64,000 nt of DNA. It comes from an uncultured Streptococcus sp. (GTDB taxonomy: Bacteria; Bacillota; Bacilli; Lactobacillales; Streptococcaceae). Numbering within the stretch: the stretch's first letter is position 1; the number at the start of each line of letters is the position of its first letter. The DNA lies in NCBI GenBank assembly GCA_900755085.1, contig CAAEFF010000183.1, positions 1,755 through 65,754 of the forward strand, written 5' to 3'. Below, piece after piece: positions 46,231 through 56,685 of the stretch. The translations under genes and the position numbers were made by a program. Under the pieces are notes generated by a model. The model did not search any database. It had not been told where the DNA came from and was given only the letters and a program-made list of their open reading frames with translations.

Positions 46231-47313
46231 CTACTTCTTCTTCAAATAATCAATAGCGTCTTGAAGGGTTTTGACGGGTACGATTTTCATCTTCGAATGA
46301 ATTTGTTTTGCTGCTTCTTTAGCGGTTTCATAGTTTGATTTAGCCTTTGGATTGGCTTTCTTTTCTTCTTTAGAAACTGGGTTATTAGGGGCGAAGAAGA
46401 TTTCTGCTCCTTCTTTATCTGCTGCGACGACTTTCTTGTCAATCCCACCGATATCGCCAACCGTTCCATCTTGGTTAATGGTTCCTGTCCCAGCAATATG
46501 ACGTCCCTGACGAAGATCTGGATCCGCCACTTGGGTGTAGATGGCTAGGCTAAACATCATGCCGGCACTTGGGCCACCGATGCCAGCTGTCGCAAACTGG
46601 ACAGGAACATCGCCTTTGGCTTCCGTCCGGTCGATCAGGCTAATCCCGATTCCGTTTTTCCCATTGGTTAATTTGATGATCTTCCCATCTGCGGTCTTGG
46701 TTTGTCCATCCTCAATATAGGTGACCGAAACGGGATCGCCAATTTTTTGAGACCCAACATAGTCAATCAATTCTTTGGAACTCTTAAAGGTCTTGCCATT
46801 CACTCCGGTTACGGTATCCGCAATATTCAAGACTCCTTTAAAGGTCGAGTCATCTGCCACCTGCATGACATAGACTCCTAGAAAGTCCATCTGGGTTTCT
46901 TTGCCAGCTGTCTTCAATCCTTGGTAGATGGCCATATTTTGCGAGGTTTCCATATAGAATTGGTTGATTCGCGTGAATTCTTGACTCGAACTACCACCGG
47001 TCATATCCTTGGCAGAATAGATGTCTGTAAAAGGCGTTGCCCAAGCATAGATCAAATCAGCCGGAGTTGCTTCTTTCACTGCTACGGTCACAAAATCATA
47101 GGTTCCTGGCTTGGTATCCGCTTTTCCATCAACGGTCATCACTGTCCGAATATCTTCGGCCGTTCCCGGCATCTCAATATAATAGGGAAGGCGAATCACA
47201 AAAGCAGCTAGCAAGAGGAGCAAGAAAAGAACTCCTGCAATCGGCCATCGGTATTCTTTCAACCGCCCTTTTTTCTTTTTAGGGGTCAAGCTTGGTTTAT
47301 TCGCTTGGGTCAT
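46231..47313 (-). CDS. sepM: SepM/YlbL PDZ + Lon-like (S16) membrane serine protease
   Basis: TM, PDZ, IGGPSAG, AGTGTI...GGIDKK. Confidence 0.85.
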   Translation of the reverse strand: MTQANKPSLTPKKKKGRLKEYRWPIAGVLFLLLLLAAFVIRLPYYIEMPGTAEDIRTVMTVDGKADTKPGTYDFVTVAVKEATPADLIYAWATPFTDIYSAKDMTGGSSSQEFTRINQFYMETSQNMAIYQGLKTAGKETQMDFLGVYVMQVADDSTFKGVLNIADTVTGVNGKTFKSSKELIDYVGSQKIGDPVSVTYIEDGQTKTADGKIIKLTNGKNGIGISLIDRTEAKGDVPVQFATAGIGGPSAGMMFSLAIYTQVADPDLRQGRHIAGTGTINQDGTVGDIGGIDKKVVAADKEGAEIFFAPNNPVSKEEKKANPKAKSNYETAKEAAKQIHSKMKIVPVKTLQDAIDYLKKK

Positions 47314-47785
47314 CTTTGATTTCCTCCATTACACTCTCTGGTACATACGGTGAGATATCCTGCTGAAAAGCCAGCAACTCTCGAATACGGGTGGAACTAA
47401 TGGCCTGATAAGGAGGCTGGGCATAGAGATAAATCGTCTCCAATTCAGGTGCCAACTGGTGATTAAAATAATCCATATTGGCTTCGTAAACCAAATCCTG
47501 TGCATTGCGCAAGCCCCGGATCAAGGTGATGACACCAAGATTGCGCGCTACGGTCACAGCCAACTCTTGGGTCGACGTCACAATTTCAACATTTTCCAAA
47601 TGAGCCAAGGCCCCTTCCACCATGCGCACGCGCTGCTCAATGGAAAAGAGCCCGACTTTTTCCGAATTATAAAAAATTCCGACATAGACACGGTCAAACA
47701 AGCGACTCGCCCGCTCAATCAATTGCACATGCCCAATGGTAATCGGATCAAACGATCCTGTAAACAATCCACTTCTATCTGACAT
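47297..47785 (-). CDS. coaD: Phosphopantetheine adenylyltransferase
   Basis: [23 protein letters not shown]. Confidence 0.95.
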   Translation of the reverse strand: MSDRSGLFTGSFDPITIGHVQLIERASRLFDRVYVGIFYNSEKVGLFSIEQRVRMVEGALAHLENVEIVTSTQELAVTVARNLGVITLIRGLRNAQDLVYEANMDYFNHQLAPELETIYLYAQPPYQAISSTRIRELLAFQQDISPYVPESVMEEIKDDPSE

Positions 47786-48314
47786 ATACTGTTACCTTAC
47801 TAATTCCATAGATTTTTTCTTTCCAGATTCCCACTTGTCCGATTTCCTCAGGAAGTTCTACATGTTTATCGGTTTCGCACACAATTAGGATATCCTCTGA
47901 CAAGAGTTGACGCTCGCACAAGGTTTCGATATCGCGGACAATCTCTTCCTTGGCATAAGGCGGGTCTAAGAAAACCAGATCAAAGGTGCCCGTTAGAAGC
48001 CCCAGGGCTTGCTTGGCCTCCATTTTTAGCAGTTGAAACCGTTCCTTTTCCTTGGTCATGGCAATATTAGCTGCCACAATTTCCTGCGCTCGACGATCTC
48101 TTTCCACTAGAACCGCCTCTGACATGCCTCGAGAGACTGCCTCGATAGAAAGGCCACCACTGCCTGCATAGAGGTCCAGCACTCTTCCGCCATCAAAGTA
48201 AGGACCAATCATATTGAACATGGCCCCTCTGACCTTATCAGAAGTCGGCCTGGTTGTTTTTCCTTCAAGTGTTTTGAGGGGACGCCCCCCATAGGTTCCA
48301 GATACTATTTTCAT
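47775..48314 (-). CDS. rsmD: 16S rRNA m2G966 methyltransferase
   Basis: [20 protein letters not shown]; start MKIVS at 48314. Confidence 0.94.
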   Translation of the reverse strand: MKIVSGTYGGRPLKTLEGKTTRPTSDKVRGAMFNMIGPYFDGGRVLDLYAGSGGLSIEAVSRGMSEAVLVERDRRAQEIVAANIAMTKEKERFQLLKMEAKQALGLLTGTFDLVFLDPPYAKEEIVRDIETLCERQLLSEDILIVCETDKHVELPEEIGQVGIWKEKIYGISKVTVYVR

Positions 48315-48410
48315 AGGGACCATTATACCAAAAAAAATCAGAAAATTGCGATTTGATATGGTCAAGTGACATATAAAAGAGCCGAGCACTTTGCTCGACT
48401 CATTCTTTTC

Positions 48411-49403
48411 TTATAGGATATTTTCATATTCATCGCGGACAGATTGAGGCCAGACACTGGTTTGAACCTCACCGATATGTTTCTTACGAAGCAAGAACAT
48501 GGCCAAACGAGATTGACCGATCCCCCCACCGATCGTAAGTGGGAAGAGACCATTTAATAAAGCTTTGTGCCACTCTAATTGAAGACGATCCTCGTCCCCT
48601 GTGATGGCTACTTGGCGACGAAGGGTTTCCTCATCGACACGGATTCCCATTGAAGATATCTCAAAGGCGGAACCTAAAACGTCGTTCCAGACGAGGATAT
48701 CGCCATTCAAGCCCTTGTAGCCATTTTCAGATTCGGTTGTCCAGTCATCGTAGTCAGGTGCACGTCCATCGTGTGGCTTGCCATCTGCAAGCTCTCCACC
48801 AATCCCAATCAAAAAGACAGCTCCAAACTCTTTGGCAATGGCATTTTCACGCTCTTTTGGAGTTAAATCTGGATAGCGTTCCACCAATTCTTCTGTGTGA
48901 ACGAAGGTAATTTGTTTTGGAAGAACTGATTCAATATCATATCGCGCTTCTACTGCTAGTTCTGTTAAGCGAATTGCCTTGTAGATTTTTTCAACCGTTT
49001 CTTTGAGGTAGGCGATGTTTCGTTGACCATTTGGAATGACTTTTTCCCAGTCCCATTGATCCACATAAACGGAGTGAATGGCGTCTAGTGAGTCTTCATC
49101 TGGACGAAGAGCCTTCATATGGACGAAGAGGCCTTCGCCTTCTCCAAAACCAAAACGCGCCAAGGTGTGGCGTTTCCATTTTGCAAGTGAATGCACGACT
49201 TCATAAGTCTCATCAGGAATTTGAAGGACCTTTACAGATACTGGATGTTCAATCCCAGAAAGGTTATCTTGCATCCCGTCGCCGACCTTGCTCAAAATTG
49301 GCCCTTGGACTTCAATGATGTCCAATTTATCTTTTAAATACTGCGTAAAGGTCGTTTTAACAAACGAAATTTCCTTTTGTTGATGGATAAAACTTTTTTT
49401 CAT
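48411..49403 (-). CDS. asnA: Aspartate--ammonia ligase
   Basis: [34 protein letters not shown]. Confidence 0.97.
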   Translation of the reverse strand: MKKSFIHQQKEISFVKTTFTQYLKDKLDIIEVQGPILSKVGDGMQDNLSGIEHPVSVKVLQIPDETYEVVHSLAKWKRHTLARFGFGEGEGLFVHMKALRPDEDSLDAIHSVYVDQWDWEKVIPNGQRNIAYLKETVEKIYKAIRLTELAVEARYDIESVLPKQITFVHTEELVERYPDLTPKERENAIAKEFGAVFLIGIGGELADGKPHDGRAPDYDDWTTESENGYKGLNGDILVWNDVLGSAFEISSMGIRVDEETLRRQVAITGDEDRLQLEWHKALLNGLFPLTIGGGIGQSRLAMFLLRKKHIGEVQTSVWPQSVRDEYENIL

Positions 49404-49526
49404 ATAGTTCCTCATTTATAGACATTTTAGAATTGATTATACTCTTTTTTCAATCAAAATCAAGTCTTTTCATTCGTTTTCAACTGAATTTTTCTCTTGC
49501 AAAAAGGTTTCGTTTTTGATAAACTA

Positions 49527-49551
49527 TATGTAACTTTTAAAACGTTACATA
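49527..49551. promoter_or_regulatory. Putative HdiR operator
   Basis: TATGTAAC-ttttaaaac-GTTACATA inverted repeat directly upstream of the AGGAGA RBS. Confidence 0.75.
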
Positions 49552-49562
49552 GGAGAGCTGAC

Positions 49563-50240
49563 ATGTTTGATGCAAAAAAACTAAAAGAAAGACGCCTAGA
49601 AAAAGGCTTGACTCAAGCTGATGTCTATGAGGATCTCAAGATTTCTCGCAAGACTTACTCTAGTTGGGAGAATGGCTTGGCGGAGCCACACGAAAAAAAT
49701 CTCAGGAGGTTGGCCAAGCGCCTCTCCGTTAAAGAGGACTACTTTATTAACAAAGACTCCGCACTCTACACCTACCCTTTATTAACCCCACCTCATCAAA
49801 AGAAAGTCGACCAGTTAGCCAGCCAGTTATTGGAACAGCAACAAAAAGTTGTTTCCTTGACGGCCTATAAGGTTCTTTCGATTGAGTTGGCAGCTGGTTT
49901 GGGACATACCTTTTATGACAATGAGACCGACTATGAAACCGTCTATTTTGACCAAGAAATCCAACACGACTTTGCCTCTTGGGTATCCGGAAATTCGATG
50001 GAACCTCTCTATCCCAACGGCTCTGTTGCCCTCATGAAGCAGACCGGATTTGACTACGATGGGGCGGTCTATGCCCTCATGTGGAACGGGAAGACCTATA
50101 TAAAAAAAGTCTATCGGGAGGCTGAGGGCTTGCGCCTAGAATCCATCAACCCTGACTACGATGATTTATTCGCTCCTTATGAGGACGAGCCAAAAATTGT
50201 CGGCATTGTGGTCGGGCATTTCCTACCGCTTGAGGTGTAA
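49563..50240 (+). CDS. hdiR: HdiR-like XRE HTH + S24 self-cleaving repressor
   Basis: Cro/CI HTH; Ala-Gly site (LAAG); catalytic Ser (GNSMEP) and Lys (YIKK). Confidence 0.85.
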   Translation: MFDAKKLKERRLEKGLTQADVYEDLKISRKTYSSWENGLAEPHEKNLRRLAKRLSVKEDYFINKDSALYTYPLLTPPHQKKVDQLASQLLEQQQKVVSLTAYKVLSIELAAGLGHTFYDNETDYETVYFDQEIQHDFASWVSGNSMEPLYPNGSVALMKQTGFDYDGAVYALMWNGKTYIKKVYREAEGLRLESINPDYDDLFAPYEDEPKIVGIVVGHFLPLEV

Positions 50241-50242
50241 GT

Positions 50243-51655
50243 ATGCTGTTTGATTATTCACGTGAGCCTCATTCTGATATTGCTTTTGTGGATATGAAAA
50301 GTTTTTATGCTAGTTGTGAGTGTGTCCGTCTGGGGCTCAACCCCTTAACGACTTCTCTGTGCGTCATGAGCCGAAGCGACAATTCTGCTGGCCTGATTTT
50401 GGCTAGCTCCCCCGTTTTCAAACAGGTCTTTGGCAAGAGGAATGTTAGCCGGAGCTACGACCTGCCTTTTGATCTCAAGACCAGAAAATTCAATAGCTAC
50501 GTCGCAAAAAAACAAGGATTGCCGACGGATCCATCCTTTGTTTCCTACATTGAATCCTGGGCCAAGAGGACCCTGATTGTGCCGCCACGCATGAATGCCT
50601 ACATTCAGGTCAATATGGAAATTCAGAAGGTTTTTCAAGAGTTTGCGGCACCGGATGATATTTTCCCTTACTCGATTGACGAAGGCTTTATCGATCTGAC
50701 TTCTTCCTTAAATTATTTTATTCCAGATTCTTTCATTCCTCGCAAAGAAAAACTGGACCTTCTCTCTGCCAGGATCCAAAAAAGGATCTGGAAGGAAACT
50801 GGCATCTACTCTACAGTTGGCCTCAGTAACGCCAATCCCCTTCTTGCCAAGCTAGCCTTGGACAATGAAGCCAAGCATTGTCGAAATATGAGAGCCAATT
50901 GGTCTTATGAAGATGTAGAAAGCAAGGTTTGGAAACTGCCCCAACTTACTGATTTTTGGGGCATTGGGCGTCGCACTGAAAAACGATTGCAAGGGATCGG
51001 GATCACGTCGATTAAAGAACTGGCTCAGGCTCATCCAGATCTCTTAAAGAAAGAATTCGGAGTCACGGGGCTTCAACTCTGGTTCCATGCCCATGGCATT
51101 GATGAAAGCAATGTCCACAAACCTTATCGTCCGAAGTCACGTGGCATTGGCAACTCTCAAATCTTGCCTTATGACTACCATCTACAAGCTGACATTGAGC
51201 TGGTGTTTCGTGAGATGGCTGAACAGGTGGCTATTCGCTTGCGACGGAAAAAAAAGAAGACCCAGCTGGTCTCCATTCATGCCTCCTACTCCAAAATTGA
51301 GGGACTTCCGTCCATTCACTGCCAGCAAAAGATTGAACCCACCCAATCCACCAAGGTTTTATCCGATACAGTTCTACGACTCTTTCGCTCCAAATATGAA
51401 GGAGGAGCCATTCGGCAGATTGGCGTTTTTTATGGCGAACTTGTCGAGGAGTCTCTGCAACTCTTTTCTCTCTTTGATGACCCAGTAGCCCTGGAAAAAG
51501 AGGAAAAACTCCAGCAGACCATTGACCGCATTCGGGACCAATTTGGCTTTACCTCTCTTCAGAAAGGCTCCTCACTACTAGAAAACTCACGCGCCATTGC
51601 ACGCAGTAAACTAACAGGCGGACATTCCGCAGGAGGCTTAGATGGATTAACATGA
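50243..51655 (+). CDS. umuC: Y-family DNA polymerase, UmuC/UvrX-like
   Basis: DMKSFYAS, YSIDE, WGIG HhH motif. Confidence 0.92.
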   Translation: MLFDYSREPHSDIAFVDMKSFYASCECVRLGLNPLTTSLCVMSRSDNSAGLILASSPVFKQVFGKRNVSRSYDLPFDLKTRKFNSYVAKKQGLPTDPSFVSYIESWAKRTLIVPPRMNAYIQVNMEIQKVFQEFAAPDDIFPYSIDEGFIDLTSSLNYFIPDSFIPRKEKLDLLSARIQKRIWKETGIYSTVGLSNANPLLAKLALDNEAKHCRNMRANWSYEDVESKVWKLPQLTDFWGIGRRTEKRLQGIGITSIKELAQAHPDLLKKEFGVTGLQLWFHAHGIDESNVHKPYRPKSRGIGNSQILPYDYHLQADIELVFREMAEQVAIRLRRKKKKTQLVSIHASYSKIEGLPSIHCQQKIEPTQSTKVLSDTVLRLFRSKYEGGAIRQIGVFYGELVEESLQLFSLFDDPVALEKEEKLQQTIDRIRDQFGFTSLQKGSSLLENSRAIARSKLTGGHSAGGLDGLT

Positions 51656-52023
51656 TCGACCGTTCTTATCTCCCTTATCAATCCGCCCGCGAATTTCAAG
51701 ACCGTGGCATGGCCAAATGGGCCGGCTTCTTTTTATCCGAGCACACAACCGCCCTGCATACAAAAGAAATTGACCGTAGTCAACTCTACGTTCTTCCTCT
51801 TTCTGAACAGATCCAGCTCCTCGAGCAGGCCTTCCAACAAGAAACGACGATCTCGATCACGACTCTAGAGGGGAATCAATTTGCAACCTACACAGGTTGG
51901 ATTCACACCTTATCTGCCTCTGAGCTTCTTCTCAAAAGCGAGGACCACTACCACCGACTCCTTCTGACCTCTATCATTTTTATTGAATCTGAGGGAACAG
52001 CCTATGAAACCTATTCAAACTAA
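51652..52023 (+). CDS. YolD-like accessory protein of the mutagenesis cassette
   Basis: DRGMAKWAGFFLSEH motif; overlaps umuC stop. Confidence 0.75.
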   Translation: MIDRSYLPYQSAREFQDRGMAKWAGFFLSEHTTALHTKEIDRSQLYVLPLSEQIQLLEQAFQQETTISITTLEGNQFATYTGWIHTLSASELLLKSEDHYHRLLLTSIIFIESEGTAYETYSN

Positions 52024-52330
52024 ACACGAGTTACAATTTGATTATTTTTCAGAGAATTACCACCAATTTGAGACAGACTTTTACAAGTGGGCAGCTACTT
52101 CTACACCACTCGTCTTTTTAGAAGACGATATCCTCTACTCTATGGCCACAGGCCAGCGTAATTATTTTCGTCTTCACCACACCAAAAGTCGAGACCATCG
52201 AGACCATTATTTCTACTTTAAGGTTTCCACTCTTTCCCAATCACCCCTGACACGTATTTACACTTATACAGGACATCACTTACAAAAACTAGATCCTCAT
52301 CAGACAGAGAAAAAGGATAGCTTGATTTGA
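52004..52330 (+). CDS. Small conserved protein, fourth gene of hdiR-umuC cassette (DUF5960-like)
   Basis: Overlapping start MKPIQ after GAGGG; DYFSENY..FE.DFYK motif. Confidence 0.7.
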   Translation: MKPIQTKHELQFDYFSENYHQFETDFYKWAATSTPLVFLEDDILYSMATGQRNYFRLHHTKSRDHRDHYFYFKVSTLSQSPLTRIYTYTGHHLQKLDPHQTEKKDSLI

Positions 52331-52347
52331 GAAGCTATCCTTTTTTT
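52310..52347. terminator. Terminator between the cassette and yebC
   Basis: AAAAAGGATAGCTT...AAGCTATCCTTTTT. Confidence 0.82.
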
Positions 52348-52381
52348 AATTTTTTCTATTCACTACAGTCCGTATGAGTGA

Positions 52382-53098
52382 TTAGAATCCATCTACGTTA
52401 GTATAGATTTTTTGAACGTCCTCATCATCTTCAAGAACGCTGTAAAGTTTTTCAAAAGTTTCCAAATCTTCACCTGACAACTCAACTTCTGATTGAGGAA
52501 TCATCGCCAGTTCAGTGACTTGGAATTCTTCCACGCCTGATTCACGCAAAGCAACGATGGCTTTGTGAAGATCAGTTGGAGCAGTGTAGACTGTGATGGT
52601 TCCTTCTTCAGCTTCTACATCATCTACGTCGATATCAGCTTCTAGCAATTGCTCAAAGATAGCGTCCGCATCATCACCTGCAAATACGATGACACCCTTG
52701 TTATCAAAGAGGTAAGATACAGAACCTGAAGCGCCCATGTTTCCGCCGTTTTTACCAAAAGCAGATCTTACGTTAGCAGCTGTACGGTTGACGTTTGATG
52801 TCAAGGTATCCACGATCAACATAGAACCATTTGGTCCGAAGCCTTCGTAACGTCCTTCTGTAAAGGTTTCGTCCGTGTTTCCTTTTGCCTTATCGATCGC
52901 TTTGTCAATCACGTGTTTTGGTACTTGCGCTTGTTTAGCACGGTCGATAACAAATTTCAAAGCAGTATTTGATTCTGGATCTGGTTCACCCTTTTTAGCA
53001 GCTACATAGATCTCAACACCAAATTTGGCATATACTTTTGAGTTGGCACCATCTTTGGCAGTTTTCTTGGCAACAATGTTGGCCCATTTACGTCCCAT
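52382..53098 (-). CDS. YebC/PmpR family protein
   Basis: [27 protein letters not shown]. Confidence 0.95.
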   Translation of the reverse strand: MGRKWANIVAKKTAKDGANSKVYAKFGVEIYVAAKKGEPDPESNTALKFVIDRAKQAQVPKHVIDKAIDKAKGNTDETFTEGRYEGFGPNGSMLIVDTLTSNVNRTAANVRSAFGKNGGNMGASGSVSYLFDNKGVIVFAGDDADAIFEQLLEADIDVDDVEAEEGTITVYTAPTDLHKAIVALRESGVEEFQVTELAMIPQSEVELSGEDLETFEKLYSVLEDDEDVQKIYTNVDGF

Positions 53099-53272
53099 GA
53101 GGATTCTCCTTAAATTTTTTCAAATTATTTTCAATCTTTTATATTATATCACAAATCATAAGACTTGAACTAGATTTTTCTATTTTTAGCGGGGGATTTT
53201 ATGGGAACTTTCTATGAGTGGGATACTTTAAAATAGCTATTCTAACCATCAAAAATCTCCTCTTTTAAAGAC

Positions 53273-53527
53273 TTAATAATGATCTTTAAATGACAGAAAG
53301 GCAACTCCTGACTCATCTAGCATATAAATCAGGCGATTTTCTGCATCAATCCGCCTTGACCATGCTCCTTGAAAGTCATATTTCAAGGGCTCAGGCTTAC
53401 CAATCCCTGCAAATGGATCCCTTTGAATCTCCTTAATCAGGCTATTGATTCGCTTCAGTGTTTTTTTGTCCTGACTTTGCCAGTAACAATAATCCTTCCA
53501 AGCATCTTCTGTAAACTTGAGTAACAT
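53273..53527 (-). CDS. yoeB: Txe/YoeB toxin
   Basis: GKPEPLKY...WSRRI...RLIY, terminal HY. Confidence 0.95.
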   Translation of the reverse strand: MLLKFTEDAWKDYCYWQSQDKKTLKRINSLIKEIQRDPFAGIGKPEPLKYDFQGAWSRRIDAENRLIYMLDESGVAFLSFKDHY

Positions 53528-53530
53528 CCG

Positions 53531-53791
53531 TTACCCTTCAATCTCATGGAGTTGAACCTGATCAGCTCGGACTTCTGCCATGCCCCGCAAGACCTTATCC
53601 GACAATTCCTTGTTCTGGGCTACTCGCAGGGTTTCTTGAATGCTATCCCACTCACTCTTAGAGATGACCACAATATCTTCATCTGGATTCTTATTCACGA
53701 CTGTCAAAGGCTCAAATTCATCGTTCACCTTCTTCATATAATCCTTCAAATGATTGCGGAATGTTGAATAAACGACTGCTTCCATTACCAT
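53531..53791 (-). CDS. yefM: Phd/YefM antitoxin
   Basis: YSTFRNHLK...EWDSIQETL. Confidence 0.93.
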   Translation of the reverse strand: MVMEAVVYSTFRNHLKDYMKKVNDEFEPLTVVNKNPDEDIVVISKSEWDSIQETLRVAQNKELSDKVLRGMAEVRADQVQLHEIEG

Positions 53792-53815
53792 ACCTCATTC
53801 TACCTCTTTTCTTTT

Positions 53816-53859
53816 ATTATACATGAAAAAGATAAACTTGTCAGGAACTTGTACAAGTT
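53816..53859 (-). promoter_or_regulatory. yefM-yoeB promoter and operator
   Basis: CTGACA-17-TATAAT on the minus strand; perfect palindrome AACTTGTACAAGTT at 53846-53859 with TGTACA core. Confidence 0.75.
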
Positions 53860-53907
53860 TTTTCCCTCTCTACCTAATTATTCGTGAAAAGTTTCTAAAT
53901 TTGGTAA

Positions 53908-53944
53908 AAAAAATCTACTGTCTACAAATTTTTGACAGTAGATT
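53908..53944 (-). terminator. Terminator downstream of the nucleotidyltransferase gene
   Basis: AATCTACTGTC/GACAGTAGATT hairpin with adjacent A tract on + strand. Confidence 0.75.
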
Positions 53945-54030
53945 AATACTGATTTCGTGCATCATAATGTTCTTGCCTAACGTGACAAAGATGCTTTTGT
54001 TCTGTGGGTAGAGGGGATACACAAGACCGT

Positions 54031-55125
54031 TTATTCTTCCACTCTCACTGGCACCCGACCCCAGATCTGCTCTTGCAATTGGGGATGGCCTAGTTGATAA
54101 ACTTGATCCGCTTGCTGGGTCAAACTGTCCCAAGGTTCCTTTCCAATCCGCGTTACCAAGTCCACTTGACCTTTTAGTGACTTGAGATGGGCCTGTCCTT
54201 TTTCAGTGAAGCCCAAGACATGGATAGCGGTCAGCAAGATTTCTTCTCTCGCCCCTACTAAGATATAAGTCAAAATGCGGCGCACACGCGCCTTGGTATA
54301 GCGCTTGGTTGCGACTTTCTCCACCAGGTCTTCCACAGAGCTAGCACTTCGAATCGCATCCTTTATCCGATTGGCCAGTTCTTCATTGACTTGAAAAATC
54401 TGTGTCAGCTCCGGATGGGTTAGGATTTGATAACGAAGCAGTTGGTCATAATTTTCCCAAGACACCTGCGGAGCCGACTGAAAGAGTCGACTATTGGGCA
54501 TGAATTTAGCGACAAAGTCCTGATCTTCCTTGTGTAGGCGTAGACTAGTCGCAGAAGCATAGGCCACTTCTTTTTCTTCTGAATGGTAGCCCGCACCTTG
54601 ACGTCGGATGGGCTTGAGCGCAATCCCCTTCCCTGCACAAGCCTTGGCATAAGCCAAGCCCAGGATATGGTTGGGAGTATCCCCTGTGAACTCCACTCCA
54701 GCAAAGGTTTCCCACATTTTTTGGGTCTTCTGTGGATAGGATAAATCGTCAGGAAGACTTCGCAGGAAAGCTTCCATTTCCGCCTCTTTCTCTGAATAAA
54801 CTGTCGCAATCGCTTGGTAATCTAAGACTTCTTCTGTCCCAAAGGTCAATTGATCGATTCCCAGACAGGACAAGATCTCCACCGCACCCTTGGCAAAATG
54901 ATCAGCCGACTGAACGGCAACAAGAAAAGGTAGCTCGACCACCAGGTCCGCTCCATTTTCCAAAGCCATCTGGGCCCGTGTCCACTTGTCTACAATGGCA
55001 GGCTCGCCACGTTGGACAAAATTGCCGGACATGGCAACAATCTTCAAGCCCTCTGCTTGTTCCAATAGGTACTTGTGTCCATTGTGAAAGGGATTAAATT
55101 CTGCAATAATACCTGTAACTGTCAT
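54031..55125 (-). CDS. tmcAL: tRNA(Met) cytidine acetate ligase family (HIGH nucleotidyltransferase, YlbM/TmcAL)
   Basis: [32 protein letters not shown]. Confidence 0.85.
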   Translation of the reverse strand: MTVTGIIAEFNPFHNGHKYLLEQAEGLKIVAMSGNFVQRGEPAIVDKWTRAQMALENGADLVVELPFLVAVQSADHFAKGAVEILSCLGIDQLTFGTEEVLDYQAIATVYSEKEAEMEAFLRSLPDDLSYPQKTQKMWETFAGVEFTGDTPNHILGLAYAKACAGKGIALKPIRRQGAGYHSEEKEVAYASATSLRLHKEDQDFVAKFMPNSRLFQSAPQVSWENYDQLLRYQILTHPELTQIFQVNEELANRIKDAIRSASSVEDLVEKVATKRYTKARVRRILTYILVGAREEILLTAIHVLGFTEKGQAHLKSLKGQVDLVTRIGKEPWDSLTQQADQVYQLGHPQLQEQIWGRVPVRVEE

Positions 55126-55131
55126 ACTGTC

Positions 55132-55878
55132 CTACTTCTGTGCTACGAAGAACCATCGTTTGCTGGTCTTTGTCGGCTCCTTATCTTCAAAGTCTGCATA
55201 GAGTTTAAAGGATTTAAAGCCAGCCTGCTCCAGCAAAATGTCATAGGTTAAAACTTCATAGGTGCGCTCCTCATGGACTTCATCGTGCCGACTAAAGCTG
55301 CCATCCTCCTCTTGGACAAAGAAAGTCAGCTCATGGACAATCGAGTGAGGGGCTTCATCCTCATAGGTATCCCAGAGCATGGCAAAGTCTTCTGCATTTT
55401 CATGATAAGAATAGCCTGGGAAAACCTCATCCGTCTGGTAGGTCGAATGCACATCAAAGATAAAGACCCCGTCTTCATTAAGGGCATTGTAGACTTCTTT
55501 GAAGACATCTCCTACTTCTACCTCGTCCTGCATATAGCAGATGGAATCCGAGTAGCAGGTCACGAAATCGTAGGTACCCACTTGCGACAGGTCCAGCATA
55601 TTGCCCTCGATAAAATCAATCTTCTGCTTAGCTGAAGCCGCTCTTTTTTCAGCAATTTTCAGCATATCAGCACTCAAGTCTAATCCTGTTACGTCAAAGC
55701 CAGCTTGGGAAAAGCGGACAGACTGAATCCCTGTCCCACATGCCAATTCCAGTAATTTTTTCTTATCTTTTGTCTTTGGGAGATGGCGGAGGGAAAAATC
55801 CGTCCACAAATCATACAGGCTGTCATCCATGACCGCATCATAGACTGCCGCAAAGGTTTCATAAGTCGCCATATTCAT
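55132..55878 (-). CDS. Class I SAM-dependent methyltransferase (YqeM-like)
   Basis: ELACGTG, GLDLSADML; HEERTY. Confidence 0.9.
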   Translation of the reverse strand: MNMATYETFAAVYDAVMDDSLYDLWTDFSLRHLPKTKDKKKLLELACGTGIQSVRFSQAGFDVTGLDLSADMLKIAEKRAASAKQKIDFIEGNMLDLSQVGTYDFVTCYSDSICYMQDEVEVGDVFKEVYNALNEDGVFIFDVHSTYQTDEVFPGYSYHENAEDFAMLWDTYEDEAPHSIVHELTFFVQEEDGSFSRHDEVHEERTYEVLTYDILLEQAGFKSFKLYADFEDKEPTKTSKRWFFVAQK

Positions 55879-55916
55879 GATACCAAGTCCGCCCGTAATC
55901 CGATAGAAAATTAGGG

Positions 55917-56033
55917 GAGTGAGACAGAACGAGTTTTCTTAGAAAATTCGGTCGTTGTCTCACCCCCGCAAGGCTGATTAGGTACTCTTCCGAGCTTAAA
56001 AAGCGAATGAAGAGTCCAATCAGCTACTGCGTC
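55917..56033. repeat. Diverged inverted copy of repeat family A core
   Basis: Aligns to the reverse complement of 18010-18194 and 34996-35179 (GAGTGRGACAGAA...ACTGCGTC) with compensatory stem changes. Confidence 0.7.
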
Positions 56034-56067
56034 AAACAATAAATTTTATAGTTAACAATTTGACATA

Positions 56068-56252
56068 GCCCTATCTATTTTCCGAGAATTACAGGACGGG
56101 TTCAAATCCTTTCTAAGATAAAAAGAGCCTTAAAAGCAAAGAGAAAATAGGAAACTTTCTGCCGTATCGTCAGCTACAAAGGACGTTCCTCTTTTTCTCA
56201 CAGCTTTTAGCTCGTGTTCAGTTGACAAATTAACTAAACACGAGGCCCTATC
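56068..56252. repeat. Long-hairpin intergenic element (family C) flanked by 8-bp direct repeat
   Basis: GCCCTATC at 56068-75 and 56245-52; TAAAAGC/GCTTTTA, GAGAAAA/TTTTCTC, AGGAA/TTCCT stems; CTCGTGTT/AACACGAG hairpin. Confidence 0.6.
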
Positions 56253-56285
56253 CTTTCTTTCCATAGAATTTCAATTTAACCAACA

Positions 56286-56311
56286 AAACTCAGTTGCTAC
56301 CAACTGAGTTT
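56286..56311 (-). terminator. Terminator-like hairpin after rsfS
   Basis: AAACTCAGTTG-ctac-CAACTGAGTTT. Confidence 0.75.
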
Positions 56312-56317
56312 ACCTGC

Positions 56318-56671
56318 TTATGCTAAGGCTGCTGAAAGATCGACAGCACTTGCTTCGTGCCATAGCTTTTCTAGGTTATAGTGGGCACGCATTTCTTCTG
56401 AGAAGACATGGACCACTACACCACCTAAGTCAAGAAGGACCCAACCTCCTGCTGAGTCACCTTCGACGTGGCTGGCATTGCCACCAGCTTCAACGACTTT
56501 CTCGCGAATGTTTTCAGCGATTGCCTCCAACTGACGGCTGTTCATAGAGCTTGCGATGACAAAGTAATCTGTCACGCTAGTTAAGCTTTGGACATCCAAA
56601 GCGACAATGTCTTCTGCACGCTTTTCATCGGCAGCTTTAACAACAAGTTCAAGTAGTTCTTTTTCTTTCAT
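56318..56671 (-). CDS. rsfS: Ribosome silencing factor RsfS
   Basis: [30 protein letters not shown]. Confidence 0.95.
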   Translation of the reverse strand: MKEKELLELVVKAADEKRAEDIVALDVQSLTSVTDYFVIASSMNSRQLEAIAENIREKVVEAGGNASHVEGDSAGGWVLLDLGGVVVHVFSEEMRAHYNLEKLWHEASAVDLSAALA

Positions 56672-56685
56672 TTAATCCTCTTTCC

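Noticed and set aside
49497..52330. Prophage or ICE interpretation of the CI-like repressor and umuC
   Set aside because: No integrase, structural, conjugation or att-like features; flanked directly by core genes.
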